A DNA stretch of 64,000 nt, taken from NCBI GenBank assembly GCA_965203325.1, contig OZ241875.1, forward strand, positions 2,752,001 through 2,816,000, given 5' to 3'. Position 1 is the stretch's first letter. Every line of letters starts with the position of its first letter. Made by a program: the position numbers and the translations under genes. The stretch comes from a bacterium. Its GTDB lineage: Bacteria; UBA8248. The notes beneath the pieces were generated by a model, which was not told the origin of the DNA, did no database searches, and was given only the letters and a program-made list of their open reading frames with translations. Positions 37,130 through 47,117 of the stretch are shown in pieces.

Positions 37130-38995
37130 ATGACAACCCCTCAACGGGGGATTGGTGCGCTGCGAGAATATTTTTACGGTGAAGATATTGGGCAGGCAGA
37201 GATTGAGCCTGAAGGCCCAATCGTAGCGGGCAGGATGGGGAAATGGCGCGTTACCTACGAAGTTGGCCCGCGTGGAATCAGTCAAGGCGGGGGTCTTCGC
37301 TTCACGCCGCCTAACGGGTTCACTACGCCCCAATTTGAAGATATGACGGCTCCGGGATATTGCACGTTCCGATGTTCGAATGAAGATGTTTCTTTGGTTC
37401 CCTTATTGATTGAGCCCGTACTCGGCTATACTTTCCTGCCTGCCAGCCTTGATTTGAAGGTTCAAAACGCTTCTTTGGCGCAAGGGGATTTCATAGAAAT
37501 CGAGTACGGCTGGACGCCATCCGGCGTTCCCGGTGTGCAAGCGCAGTTTTTGGCCATGCCTGTGGAGTTTACCTTGTCCGTAGATACTGAAGGTAAGGAT
37601 GATTGGGAGCTTCTTCCGGATCCCCTAACCTTTGATGTGCTCCCGGAGGAGCCATCTTTCCTTTGGGTGACGGCGCCGGCGCAGGTAGTCACTGGACAAA
37701 CTTTTTCCGTTCGGGCTGTGGCGCGCGATTGTTTTCATAATGTAGCGACAACAGCATCATTCATTCCAAATCTTGAATTACCTGATGAAAGTACGGTCTC
37801 TTTTCGCCAGGAGTCGCCCGGAATTTTTGTTTGTGAAAATGTCGTGTTGGGAGCGCCTGAAGTTCATCGGTTAAAGGTTTTGGCTGATGGATTGTCGACA
37901 GCTCATACACCACCGATTCAGATATTGGACGAAGTCCCGAAGCGCACACTTCTTTTTGGAGACCCGCACTGCATGAGCGGGTTGTGCGTGGGCGAGTATC
38001 CGAGGCCATCGACTGCGTGTGAAATCGTGGAATATGTCCACAGCTATGCCCGAGATTGCGCAGGGGTGGATTTCGCCGCCTGCACCTCCTTGGCCATGCG
38101 AATGGATGAGGCGCAATGGGAAGAAGTTGCTGATGTGGCGAATCGTTTTTCTGAAGCGGGAAGATACATTGCCCTTCCTGCGTATGAATGGTTTGGCATG
38201 CTTGAGCAAGATGGGAATAAAAATGTCTATTTTCTGGACTGTGAAGACATCCCGAAACTGGATTCCCGCAGCCCTGATTCAAATGATCCGAAAAAATTAT
38301 GGGAACAACTCGAGAAGTTTGAAGGTCGCGTGATGACGATTCCCCATCATTCGGTAAGTGCTGTGATTGGCACGCGCTGGCGGTGGCACGACCCGAGGTT
38401 TCAGCGCCTCGTTGAAATATATTCTTGTTGGGGGAACTCCGAAGCCAGTCATTGCGATAGACCTTTGGTCAACCCGGCGCGCTATGAAGGACAAAGTGTG
38501 CAGGATGCGCTTGAGAAAGGATATCGTTTGGGCATTATCGCCGGCTCGGATACGCATACGTCTCAACCTGGATTTTCGAATCGGTTGCGGCTCAAGAATG
38601 CCTGGAGAGGCGGCTTGGCCTGTGTATGGGCGAAGACCTTCGATCGGGAAGGGATATTCAAGGCCCTTTGGGAACGGCGTTGCTATGGCACGACAGGAGC
38701 GCGCATTATTCTTGATTTTTCCTTGAACGACGCCCCGATGGGTTCAGAGATCAGGTTAAATGAATCGGCTGGAAGAAAGCTCAAGGTTCAGGCAGAAGCC
38801 TGCTCGCTTGTTCATAAGGTCGTCATCATCAAAAATGCGAGAGAAATTCATATGGATGAACCAGGGCGGGAGTCAGTTTCTTTTGAGTGGCTCGATTCGA
38901 GCGGCAGGGAACGAGAATCAGATTATTATTATGTCCGCCTGATACAGGACGATGGAGAAATGGCCTGGTCGAGTCCCATTTGGGTGGATTCCTAA
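37130..38995 (+). CDS. DUF3604/PHP-like metallohydrolase domain protein
   Basis: FGDPH, YEW, IPHH, EIYSCWG, GSDTH, YGTTGARI, YYYVRL..DGEMAWSSPIW. Confidence 0.75.
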   Translation: MTTPQRGIGALREYFYGEDIGQAEIEPEGPIVAGRMGKWRVTYEVGPRGISQGGGLRFTPPNGFTTPQFEDMTAPGYCTFRCSNEDVSLVPLLIEPVLGYTFLPASLDLKVQNASLAQGDFIEIEYGWTPSGVPGVQAQFLAMPVEFTLSVDTEGKDDWELLPDPLTFDVLPEEPSFLWVTAPAQVVTGQTFSVRAVARDCFHNVATTASFIPNLELPDESTVSFRQESPGIFVCENVVLGAPEVHRLKVLADGLSTAHTPPIQILDEVPKRTLLFGDPHCMSGLCVGEYPRPSTACEIVEYVHSYARDCAGVDFAACTSLAMRMDEAQWEEVADVANRFSEAGRYIALPAYEWFGMLEQDGNKNVYFLDCEDIPKLDSRSPDSNDPKKLWEQLEKFEGRVMTIPHHSVSAVIGTRWRWHDPRFQRLVEIYSCWGNSEASHCDRPLVNPARYEGQSVQDALEKGYRLGIIAGSDTHTSQPGFSNRLRLKNAWRGGLACVWAKTFDREGIFKALWERRCYGTTGARIILDFSLNDAPMGSEIRLNESAGRKLKVQAEACSLVHKVVIIKNAREIHMDEPGRESVSFEWLDSSGRERESDYYYVRLIQDDGEMAWSSPIWVDS

Positions 38996-39004
38996 GGAGC
39001 GGTT

Positions 39005-39092
39005 GTGGCGCATGTAACGGCGGATGCCGTCGTCATAGGTGGTGGTGTGAAGGGAAGTTCCATCAGCCTATCAGTTGGCGAAACGAGGATGA
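39005..39092 (+). pseudogene. Remnant N-terminus of an FAD-dependent oxidoreductase (DAO/sarcosine oxidase-like)
   Basis: TAAGGAG RBS then GTG...ADAVVIGGGVKGSSI, one extra base at 39065, then AYQLAKRG-stop. Confidence 0.65.
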
Positions 39093-39144
39093 TGAATGGG
39101 ATTTGATGCAAAGTGTTTTCGGAACAGGATTTCAGGGCTGAAAA

Positions 39145-39924
39145 CTAGGACTTGGGCCTAGGGTACACTTCAATTAGAGGAAATATTTTTTCAGCATTTT
39201 CTTTTAAGCCAAAGAATACAGGCCCTTCGGCTTTTTCGCCATTCGCGAGGTTCTGAAGATCGAGAGAATGGCCATCTGGATGATATGCGCCTCCCCTCAC
39301 CTCCTGCAATACGGCAAGAGGACCCAGGATATCCCAAATTTGGGGCCTATCGACCAAAGCGGCGATGACGCCCCCGGTAGCCGCATACGCTACATGTGCG
39401 GAAGCGCTTCCATAAGCGACGGATTTTCCTGGATAATCCAGCTTGTAAAAACGTTTTCGAGACGAAGGACCGAGCATGACGGTTTGATTGGTGATTTCCA
39501 TATCCTTCAGATTTGGAAGTATCTTTCCGTTTCTTGTGGCGCCTTCTCCTGCGAGGGCAAGAAACATTTCATCTACGATGGGCATGTAGAATCCTCCGGC
39601 GATGGGTTTCCCGTTTTCCATGACACCGATGGATACGCCCCAGGTGGGCAGACCGTTCAGAAATGGATTGGTGCCATCAATAGGGTCAACCGCCCAAAGA
39701 CGATGGTTCTTCGGGTATTGCATTTCCCCGCTTCCAAGTTCTTCTCCAATCACATTGTCATTCGGGTATGATATTTTCAGACAGGAGAGGATGAATCTTT
39801 CTACTTCAAAGTCGGCCTCGCTCACCAGGCTCCTATCTTGTTTTTGAATGCCTTTGGCATTGTTTGTGAACGACAATGCCAGTTCGCCCGCATCTATGAG
39901 GGTTTTTTTAATAAATTCAATCAT
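39145..39924 (-). CDS. Inositol monophosphatase family protein
   Basis: VSEAD, GEE, VDPIDGTNPF, WD motif. Confidence 0.88.
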   Translation of the reverse strand: MIEFIKKTLIDAGELALSFTNNAKGIQKQDRSLVSEADFEVERFILSCLKISYPNDNVIGEELGSGEMQYPKNHRLWAVDPIDGTNPFLNGLPTWGVSIGVMENGKPIAGGFYMPIVDEMFLALAGEGATRNGKILPNLKDMEITNQTVMLGPSSRKRFYKLDYPGKSVAYGSASAHVAYAATGGVIAALVDRPQIWDILGPLAVLQEVRGGAYHPDGHSLDLQNLANGEKAEGPVFFGLKENAEKIFPLIEVYPRPKS

Positions 39925-40077
39925 GGAAACACCAAACCCTCCGCCTGTATTGAACTTGAAACCATCGCTTTGGGGAGCAACCTATCTTGTGGAGTGGAAA
40001 CTTTCCAGCCCACCTGAGAGATCTCGCCAATCTGTAAACACGGCACCCATTTTGTTTTTTTAGGATAATATTTGCGC

Positions 40078-41499
40078 ATGGTTCGCTTTCGGTCGAAGAC
40101 AAAAAAGTATGATTACACCAGCGGCCCAATCGGGCGAGGCCTGGTTGTTTTGTCTCTGCCGATTTTCGCAGAACTCATGTCTTGGAACATCGATACCATT
40201 GTTGAAATTTACTGGGTGGGCCACTTGGGAGCAGATGCTCTCGGAGCGATGTCTCTGGGATTTATCATCCCCATGATGGTGAGAGCGGTGGGCATGGGAG
40301 TTAGGGTAGCGGGACAAGCTCTGGTTGCACAAAGAGTTGGCGCGAATGACGTAGAGGGAGCCGCTCTTATTGCTGGCCAGTGTATTTTTCTTCAAACGCT
40401 TTTCTTCATTCCCTTATGCGTAGCAGGGTATGCGTATTCACCTGATTTAGTGGGATGGATGACGTCTGATTCGAGACTTTTGTATTTATCGACGATTTAT
40501 CTCCGATCCGGTTTTGTAATGCTTTTGTTCATTGACGGGATATTCACACTTGCAAATATATTCCGGGGCGCCGGAGAGCCAAAGTATTCTCTTTTCGGCA
40601 TGATTGTGAATTCAGTCGTTACTTTCATTGCTATGCCAGCTCTTATCTTCGGTTTCGGACCGATTCCTTCATTGCACTTGGCCGGCGCGAATTACGGTTT
40701 AGGAGTGGGCAGACTGGCGGGTTGCATCGTGATGATAATCTTTCTCTTCAAGGGAAATGCCAGAATACACTTGAGATGGCGTCATCTTGTTCCACAATCT
40801 CTTGAGATGAAACGCATATTAATACTGGGTTGGCCTGCTTGGGGACAAATGTTTTTTGAAAGAGGCGCTAATTTGGTATTGGTCTGGATGCTTGCTCCTT
40901 TTGGCTCACTGGCCCTTGCGGCATGGGGTCTTGGTAGTCGTGTCAACAATATGGGGAGAATGCCCGGGTTTTCTCTTCAGGGAGCAGTGCGGACTATGGT
41001 GGGACAAAACATTGGCGCAAGAAAGCCTGAGCGGGTCATCCGCAGTGCTTGGGTGACGGTTGGGGCGGTCGTTTCCATCATGGTTGTCGTTGTTACAGGC
41101 TTTAGTGTTTGGGCCGAAGAAGTCGTGTCTTTTTTTGGAGTGAAAGGTGCCGCGTTACCCCACGCGGTACTTTGTCTGCAAATATTGTGTGTAGGCCTTG
41201 GTTTTGAGGCTACGAGACGTGTAATAGCGGGAATATTCGAAGGCGCCTCATCCACCAGACCTCCAATGATCGTTGAAGCAATCGTTCGCTGGATCGTGCA
41301 GTTGCCGGGCGCTTATATATTGGCGGTTTGGTTGGGATTGCAGGAGTTGGGCATTTGGTGGGCGGTAGCGTCGAGTCAGCTCATCGGTGGCTTGGCGTTG
41401 TTCTTGTGGTTTGCGATTGGTTGGCGGCGGCGTATGGAAAGTATGGCAACAAAGGCCAAGGCATCTGCACGGTCAAATTTTGAGTTTCATTCCTCATGA
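40078..41499 (+). CDS. MATE-family efflux transporter
   Basis: About 12 TM; VAQRVGA, FRGAGE, LIFGFGPIP, MVGQNIGA. Confidence 0.9.
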   Translation: MVRFRSKTKKYDYTSGPIGRGLVVLSLPIFAELMSWNIDTIVEIYWVGHLGADALGAMSLGFIIPMMVRAVGMGVRVAGQALVAQRVGANDVEGAALIAGQCIFLQTLFFIPLCVAGYAYSPDLVGWMTSDSRLLYLSTIYLRSGFVMLLFIDGIFTLANIFRGAGEPKYSLFGMIVNSVVTFIAMPALIFGFGPIPSLHLAGANYGLGVGRLAGCIVMIIFLFKGNARIHLRWRHLVPQSLEMKRILILGWPAWGQMFFERGANLVLVWMLAPFGSLALAAWGLGSRVNNMGRMPGFSLQGAVRTMVGQNIGARKPERVIRSAWVTVGAVVSIMVVVVTGFSVWAEEVVSFFGVKGAALPHAVLCLQILCVGLGFEATRRVIAGIFEGASSTRPPMIVEAIVRWIVQLPGAYILAVWLGLQELGIWWAVASSQLIGGLALFLWFAIGWRRRMESMATKAKASARSNFEFHSS

Positions 41500-42872
41500 G
41501 ACCCGAGAAGCGCTATGACTACACAAAAGGCTCAATTAGCCGTGGGCTGTTTCGCTTGGCTGTTCCCTCATGCCTGGAACCGATAGCCTGGAACGCCGAC
41601 ACACTCGTCGAAATCTTTTGGGTGGGGCGCTTAGGGCCCGAATATCTGGCAGCAGTGTCTTTGAGTTTTATGATTATTTTCTTCTTTCGTGCGATTGGTT
41701 TCGGCATCAGAATTGCGGGCAGCGCTTTGGTGGCCCAGAGAATCGGAGCGAAAGAACCTGAACAAGCAAGCCACGCGGCAGGCCAAGCGTTTTTGCTTGC
41801 AGGCATCTACTACGTTGCCATCAGCATTCTGGGGTATATGCTGTCCTCGCATCTGCTTGGCCTTTTAACCTCTGACGCCAATGTGATGCGAGTTGGCGTT
41901 GGGTATTTGCAGGCGTCGTTTCTTACCATCGCGTTCGTTGACGGTATTTTCACCGTTTCGCATATGTTGAAATCTTCCGGCGAACCTGGAAAATCCTTGA
42001 TTGGCCTTGGAATTTCTACGCTCATGTCCATCACGTTCATTCCCCTCCTGATTTTTGGTCTGGGGCCGTTTACGGGGTTTGGACTTCCGGGTTCCGCCAT
42101 TGGCATTGGAATAGGTCGCATCATTGGCATTTTTGTTGTTCTGTGGATTTTGACATCAGGACATTCTCGCCTCCGTATCAGGTGGATTCATCTCAAGCCC
42201 CATGCGCAAACCATGCGGCGCATCATTCATTTGGGATGGCCTGCAGCGGCACAAAATTTGCTTGAGCGCGGCGCACTTCTCATATTACTGAAGATTTTGG
42301 CGTTGTTTGGTCCAGTGGTGTTAGCCGCATGGTCGATTGGGAATCGGCTAGGGACATTTTCACGATTGCCCGGTTTTGGGATTCAGTCCGCCGTCCGGAC
42401 GATGGTGGGTCAAAACGTAGGCGCCAACCGGCCGGATCGGGCGCTAAAAAGCGTCTATCTCGCTATGGCTGGCTTGTTTGCCATTATGTGTGGCGTGACG
42501 TTTCTTTTGTATTTTTATGCAAGGGAAATTGTCTTGATCTTTGGAATGAAAAACGAGGGAATCGATGTTGGTGTCATGTGTGTCCGTATACTCACCATCG
42601 GCACTTTGTTTGAAGCTATCCGGCGAATGTTGGCGGGTGCTTTTCAAGGAGCGGCGAACACGAAGCCGCCTATGGTAGTGGAAGCCTTCATCCGATGGGG
42701 TTTTCAGATCCCTCTTGCATATTTTGCCGCTTTGCCTTTGGGATTCGAAGCCTCTGGCGTATGGGGCGCGATGACGGTAAGTCATTTTATGGGTGGCGTA
42801 TGCCTACTGGTTTGGTTCCTGGTTTGGAGCCGACGGAGAGGAATAGGCTCACATGCAGAAGCAAGATATTGA
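41496..42872 (+). CDS. MATE-family efflux transporter (tandem paralogue)
   Basis: Same motifs; ATGA overlap with upstream MATE. Confidence 0.9.
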   Translation: MRPEKRYDYTKGSISRGLFRLAVPSCLEPIAWNADTLVEIFWVGRLGPEYLAAVSLSFMIIFFFRAIGFGIRIAGSALVAQRIGAKEPEQASHAAGQAFLLAGIYYVAISILGYMLSSHLLGLLTSDANVMRVGVGYLQASFLTIAFVDGIFTVSHMLKSSGEPGKSLIGLGISTLMSITFIPLLIFGLGPFTGFGLPGSAIGIGIGRIIGIFVVLWILTSGHSRLRIRWIHLKPHAQTMRRIIHLGWPAAAQNLLERGALLILLKILALFGPVVLAAWSIGNRLGTFSRLPGFGIQSAVRTMVGQNVGANRPDRALKSVYLAMAGLFAIMCGVTFLLYFYAREIVLIFGMKNEGIDVGVMCVRILTIGTLFEAIRRMLAGAFQGAANTKPPMVVEAFIRWGFQIPLAYFAALPLGFEASGVWGAMTVSHFMGGVCLLVWFLVWSRRRGIGSHAEARY

Positions 42873-43087
42873 TGTTAAGCAAAATGGGTTTCGCATGGGA
42901 TGCTGGGTCAACGACAACCGATGGCGGGTGCACCAATGAGGTTGTGGCAACTCCTCACTCGCGCACGGCTGAAAATCGGTAGTATATGTGTGTGGTAGAT
43001 ATGAATATATGGTGAGACAATTTGACATTGGATTTATTCTTCACCTTGAAACTAGCTGACATAAAAGATGTTGAAAGCGAGAGACTC

Positions 43088-45457
43088 ATGAGCCGCAAAA
43101 AGGTTTGTCTTTATTCCATCTTAGTGATTTTGTTTTTTCTCTCATCTCTAGCATATGCGGCGGATGTTGGTTCAAGCGAAACAACAGAATCAAATGATTG
43201 GGCGATCATTTTGCAAGATGCGACCCGATATCTTCAAGGTGAAGGGAAAACACCAACTCTCACTCAGGGATATTTGTCCTTGGTGCGGCAAGTCCGCTCA
43301 CGGGCATATGATGTTAAAACAAGATCCCAACAAGTCCTCCTCCAGTCTGAAAAGTTACTCAATGCGATTGGCCCTCCTCCCGGAAAGGATAGCCCGCCAG
43401 AGGCGAGTGAAATAGCCGACAAAAGAGAGCGATACAAACGTCAAGTTACAACTGCCCGCGCGCGCATCGCTGAGGCTGATTTGGCCATTGTTCGTGCTGC
43501 GGATTTGGAAGAATCTTTCTCCCGAGAGAGGTTCGAGCGGTTTTTGGGAGAGATTTACCGTCGTACGCCGATACCTATCGCACCGGGCGTGCTCGTAAAG
43601 GGCTTTTCAGAAATTACGGTTGAAGTTCGACGTATTCTTCGCTCTCCAGGGTATTGGTTCGTAAAACTACCTCCTGGAATTGGTGGCACCGCCGTATTTC
43701 TGCCCGGGATAGTGGTTTTGATTGTAGGCGTGGTTTTTGGGTGGGCAATACGGCGGAGCATTTTGAGCATGTTCGGCCGCGACACCGGAATATTGGAGCC
43801 CTCGTATGCTCGTAGGTTTAGCTCCGCCATCGCAGATGGCGTTGGCAACAGCATTTTGCCAGGAGCTATTTTAGTGGCTCTTTATATATGGGTGACCCGA
43901 CCGGGCGCTTTGGTGAGCGGTCTCTTTGAAGAAGCGCTCATGTCTTCTCTGATTTCCATGTTGTTCTTTTGTGTGTTTGTTGCGTTTGCGAAGTCTTTTC
44001 TCTCCCCAGAGCAGCCGAATTGGCGTTTCACGGGACAATCTTCCGAAAATGCGCAGAGCGCATATCGTTTGATTGTCGCTTTGGCGGCTGTTTTTTCGGT
44101 CGACATGTTTTTCTCGAATCTTGAAGGTGAAGGGGTTAGGTCTGCAGAGGCGATGTCCATCTACGCTGCAGTGTTCGGTACTTTGGAAGGTTGTTTTTTT
44201 GTCAAGCTCGGTCGGGGGGAACTCTGGCGAGCCGGAGCGGCCCAAGAAGGTGCAACCCAGCAGGGTGGACACGCGTGGAGATTGATCCGTCGTATTGCAA
44301 GAGTGCTCGCGGTAATCGGTGTTGCAGCGTTGTATGTTGGATATGGCGCTTTTGGCAAGCGCCTTCTCACCAACCTGATTTGGACCGGCCTGTTGCTGTG
44401 GATAGTGATTCTGTTGCGTGGTTTCATTCACGAACTGGTATCCTGGTCGACTAAATCCAAGTCTTTACAAGACAAGCTCCACGTTCCGTCCCACGTAATC
44501 GAGAGGTTCAGTTCCTGGGGACGAGTCGTTGTCGACCCTGTGGTTTTCCTTTGCGGCCTCCTCATTATCGTACCTGTTTGGGGGGTGCCGCCGGATGATT
44601 TGATGCGCTGGACGCTTCAAATCCTATCCGGTTTCCAGGTGGGCAGTTTTCGCATCTCTATTATCGACATTTTTCTGGCCATTGCCGTTTTCTTAATCGC
44701 CATGGCCGGAACAAGATTTTTACAAAGACAGTTGTCCGAACGTTTTTTCGATCGGACGAATTTGCCTTCAGGCATACGTCACTCCCTGAACGCAGGGTTT
44801 GGTTATGCAGGTGTGATCATTGCGACGTTGTTGAGTATTTCGGTGACGGGAGTCGATCTCTCGAACCTTGCTTTGGTTGTCAGCGCGCTCTCCGTGGGGG
44901 TCGGTTTCGGTCTGCAAAATGTAGTCAACAACTTTATTTCCGGGCTTATACTCCTTGTAGAAAGACCTATAAAAGTTGGCGATTGGGTGCGCGTGGGCAG
45001 TGATGAAGGAATTGTGAAAAGGATACAGTTTCGCGCAACGGAGCTGGAAACATGGCAACGCGCCTCGGTGATTATTCCGAACGCGGAGATTATTTCGACA
45101 TCGGTCACCAACCTGACGCATCGGGATCGGTATGGCCGCGTGGAGGTCGGAGTGGGCGTGGCGTACGGATCCGATGTGAAGAAGGTTCGGGAGATTCTTC
45201 TGGATATCGCCGAGAAGAACAATAGGGTGAGCGATGACCCCGCTCCAGCGGTCGTATTTCGAGATTTTGGCGCGAGCAGTCTGGATTTCGAACTGCGGTG
45301 TTTTACTTCGGACGTGATGAGACGTCTGGGGGTCGCGAGTGATTTGAGATTTGAGATTGAACGCCGCCTTCGAGAGGAAGGCATCGAGATACCCTTCCCG
45401 CAAAGAGTCGTTCACCTCATGAACCCACGGCAAAATGATACGGAAACCGAGGCTTAA
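43088..45457 (+). CDS. Mechanosensitive channel, MscS/MscK family with N-terminal extension
   Basis: ALSVGVGFGLQNVVNNFISGLILLVERPIKVGD, IIPN, VGVAYGSD, IEIPFPQR. Confidence 0.92.
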   Translation: MSRKKVCLYSILVILFFLSSLAYAADVGSSETTESNDWAIILQDATRYLQGEGKTPTLTQGYLSLVRQVRSRAYDVKTRSQQVLLQSEKLLNAIGPPPGKDSPPEASEIADKRERYKRQVTTARARIAEADLAIVRAADLEESFSRERFERFLGEIYRRTPIPIAPGVLVKGFSEITVEVRRILRSPGYWFVKLPPGIGGTAVFLPGIVVLIVGVVFGWAIRRSILSMFGRDTGILEPSYARRFSSAIADGVGNSILPGAILVALYIWVTRPGALVSGLFEEALMSSLISMLFFCVFVAFAKSFLSPEQPNWRFTGQSSENAQSAYRLIVALAAVFSVDMFFSNLEGEGVRSAEAMSIYAAVFGTLEGCFFVKLGRGELWRAGAAQEGATQQGGHAWRLIRRIARVLAVIGVAALYVGYGAFGKRLLTNLIWTGLLLWIVILLRGFIHELVSWSTKSKSLQDKLHVPSHVIERFSSWGRVVVDPVVFLCGLLIIVPVWGVPPDDLMRWTLQILSGFQVGSFRISIIDIFLAIAVFLIAMAGTRFLQRQLSERFFDRTNLPSGIRHSLNAGFGYAGVIIATLLSISVTGVDLSNLALVVSALSVGVGFGLQNVVNNFISGLILLVERPIKVGDWVRVGSDEGIVKRIQFRATELETWQRASVIIPNAEIISTSVTNLTHRDRYGRVEVGVGVAYGSDVKKVREILLDIAEKNNRVSDDPAPAVVFRDFGASSLDFELRCFTSDVMRRLGVASDLRFEIERRLREEGIEIPFPQRVVHLMNPRQNDTETEA

Positions 45458-45459
45458 GA

Positions 45460-46476
45460 TTACCTGTACGTGTAGGGTTTGGGCTCTGGCTTTTGACCGA
45501 CCTTGTTTCTCATGACTCCCAATGGCCCCATATCAATTTCCACGATATCCCCTGGTTGAATCCAGCGATCCATTTCCATGCCGCATCCTCCGGGGACGGT
45601 GCCTGAGCCCATCAAGTCTCCCGTGAGGAGATTCTCGTCCCTGGCGGTATAGGCGATGATTTGAGAGAAAGTCCAATACATCTCTCCGGGCGTGGTTGCG
45701 ACCCACGTTTCTCCGTTGACCCTGGCGGCCATGGGAATGTTTTTGGGGTCGCCGACCTCATCGGGTGTGGCAATCCACGGCCCTAAGCTCCAGCACCAGT
45801 CTTTGCTTTTATATGGCCCGGTTCCCATGGCCATTTCACCCCCTTGGGCGTCCCTCGCGCTCCAGTCGTTCAAAATTGCATAACCGAAAATGTGCTCATG
45901 CGCATTGTCTTCCGAAATATCCCGTCCCGGAACGCCGATCACGCAGCAGAATTCGAGTTCGAAATCCATTTTGTCGGTGAAGCTGGGCCAGGGGACTTCT
46001 TCTTCAGGGCCGGCCATGTGGGCGCAACTCGCTTTGAAGGCGAGGGGACGCTCGTACCAGATTTTGGGGATTTCGAGATTCATCACCTCAAATGTTTTTT
46101 TGAGATGGCGTTCGAATCCCGCAAAACCGCGAATGAGCGGAGGCTGCTTTATCGGTGCAAGAAGCTGAGCTTCATTCGACGCATAGATAATTTGCTCCCC
46201 GCGGGGGCCTGAAGCGTCTTCATGTTCAAGTGCATATTCAAGGGCTTCTTCAGCTGCTTCGATGCCGCCTTTTCCCGATGCCGCGATGGCCAGCATGTCG
46301 GAAGGAATGAGGGCGTCCGCCATGGCTTGGGGTCGTGAGGAGCCACGCTGTTTGAACTTGGCCGCCGCTGCGAAATTGAGGTCGACGTATCGGAGGTCAT
46401 CGCCTTCGGATACAACGGCGCCCAGACGCTCGAATGGGCCTACAGGTGTTCGCACTTCAAAGGTGCAGAATTTCAT
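45460..46476 (-). CDS. Fumarylacetoacetate hydrolase family protein
   Basis: DFELE, NDWSARD, KSKD, GPWIATPDE, GSGTV. Confidence 0.9.
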   Translation of the reverse strand: MKFCTFEVRTPVGPFERLGAVVSEGDDLRYVDLNFAAAAKFKQRGSSRPQAMADALIPSDMLAIAASGKGGIEAAEEALEYALEHEDASGPRGEQIIYASNEAQLLAPIKQPPLIRGFAGFERHLKKTFEVMNLEIPKIWYERPLAFKASCAHMAGPEEEVPWPSFTDKMDFELEFCCVIGVPGRDISEDNAHEHIFGYAILNDWSARDAQGGEMAMGTGPYKSKDWCWSLGPWIATPDEVGDPKNIPMAARVNGETWVATTPGEMYWTFSQIIAYTARDENLLTGDLMGSGTVPGGCGMEMDRWIQPGDIVEIDMGPLGVMRNKVGQKPEPKPYTYR

Positions 46477-46522
46477 GGCTTCTCTCCGGGTTGATTTAGT
46501 AAATAGTGTCCATTTCTACTTA

Positions 46523-47044
46523 TTACAAATCGACTTTGTCTCGCTCATCTGTTTCCGGGAAAGGGCCTTCCTTGATTTCGATGACCTTTGAATCATCTTC
46601 CAAGAATTCAACTTCATGACCCTCGTACATCAGTATGAGGTCGTCACGGTGTAGAATCGCATCGCCTAGATTTTCCCCTTCTTTGGTAAATACGCCGACT
46701 CGAACCTTCCCGCGTTGACACAAGAGAATTTGGTGTCGTGTGGTATTCGCGGTCCTGTCTTCCACCACGTGATAATGCGCTTTGGTTATCGCGCCTTTGG
46801 GTCTGTTCAAGACGATGATTTGCAGGGGCACGTCATCATCTGTCATATGAGCTTTGGTGTTGCGTTCCGCTTCGATGTCCTGGCCGGCGTATGCAGTCCG
46901 GATGTGTTCTTTCGCTTCCTCGGTGTCCAGATAGGGAGGAAACTTGGCGTAATCGTTGAAATCTCCTTTGATGTGGATGGCAATGATGCGTCCATCTGAG
47001 GCCTTGTAATAATTCACGCTTTTAGAATCAACTTCTAAAGACAT
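46523..47044 (-). CDS. Cupin-fold hypothetical protein
   Basis: KAHYH, GHEVEFLED, EIKEGP; GAGG RBS. Confidence 0.55.
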   Translation of the reverse strand: MSLEVDSKSVNYYKASDGRIIAIHIKGDFNDYAKFPPYLDTEEAKEHIRTAYAGQDIEAERNTKAHMTDDDVPLQIIVLNRPKGAITKAHYHVVEDRTANTTRHQILLCQRGKVRVGVFTKEGENLGDAILHRDDLILMYEGHEVEFLEDDSKVIEIKEGPFPETDERDKVDL

Positions 47045-47117
47045 AATTTTCCTCGGAAGTGAGTAGAATCAAAGAAACGCCAACTGAGCATGAATAAAAA
47101 ATAGTCGCTCAAGGGTA

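Noticed and set aside
39930..40055. 6S-RNA-like or glycine-riboswitch-like words (CCCACCTG...ACGGCAC; TCTCTCAGG on the minus strand)
   Set aside because: No end-to-end pairing or other required conserved segments found
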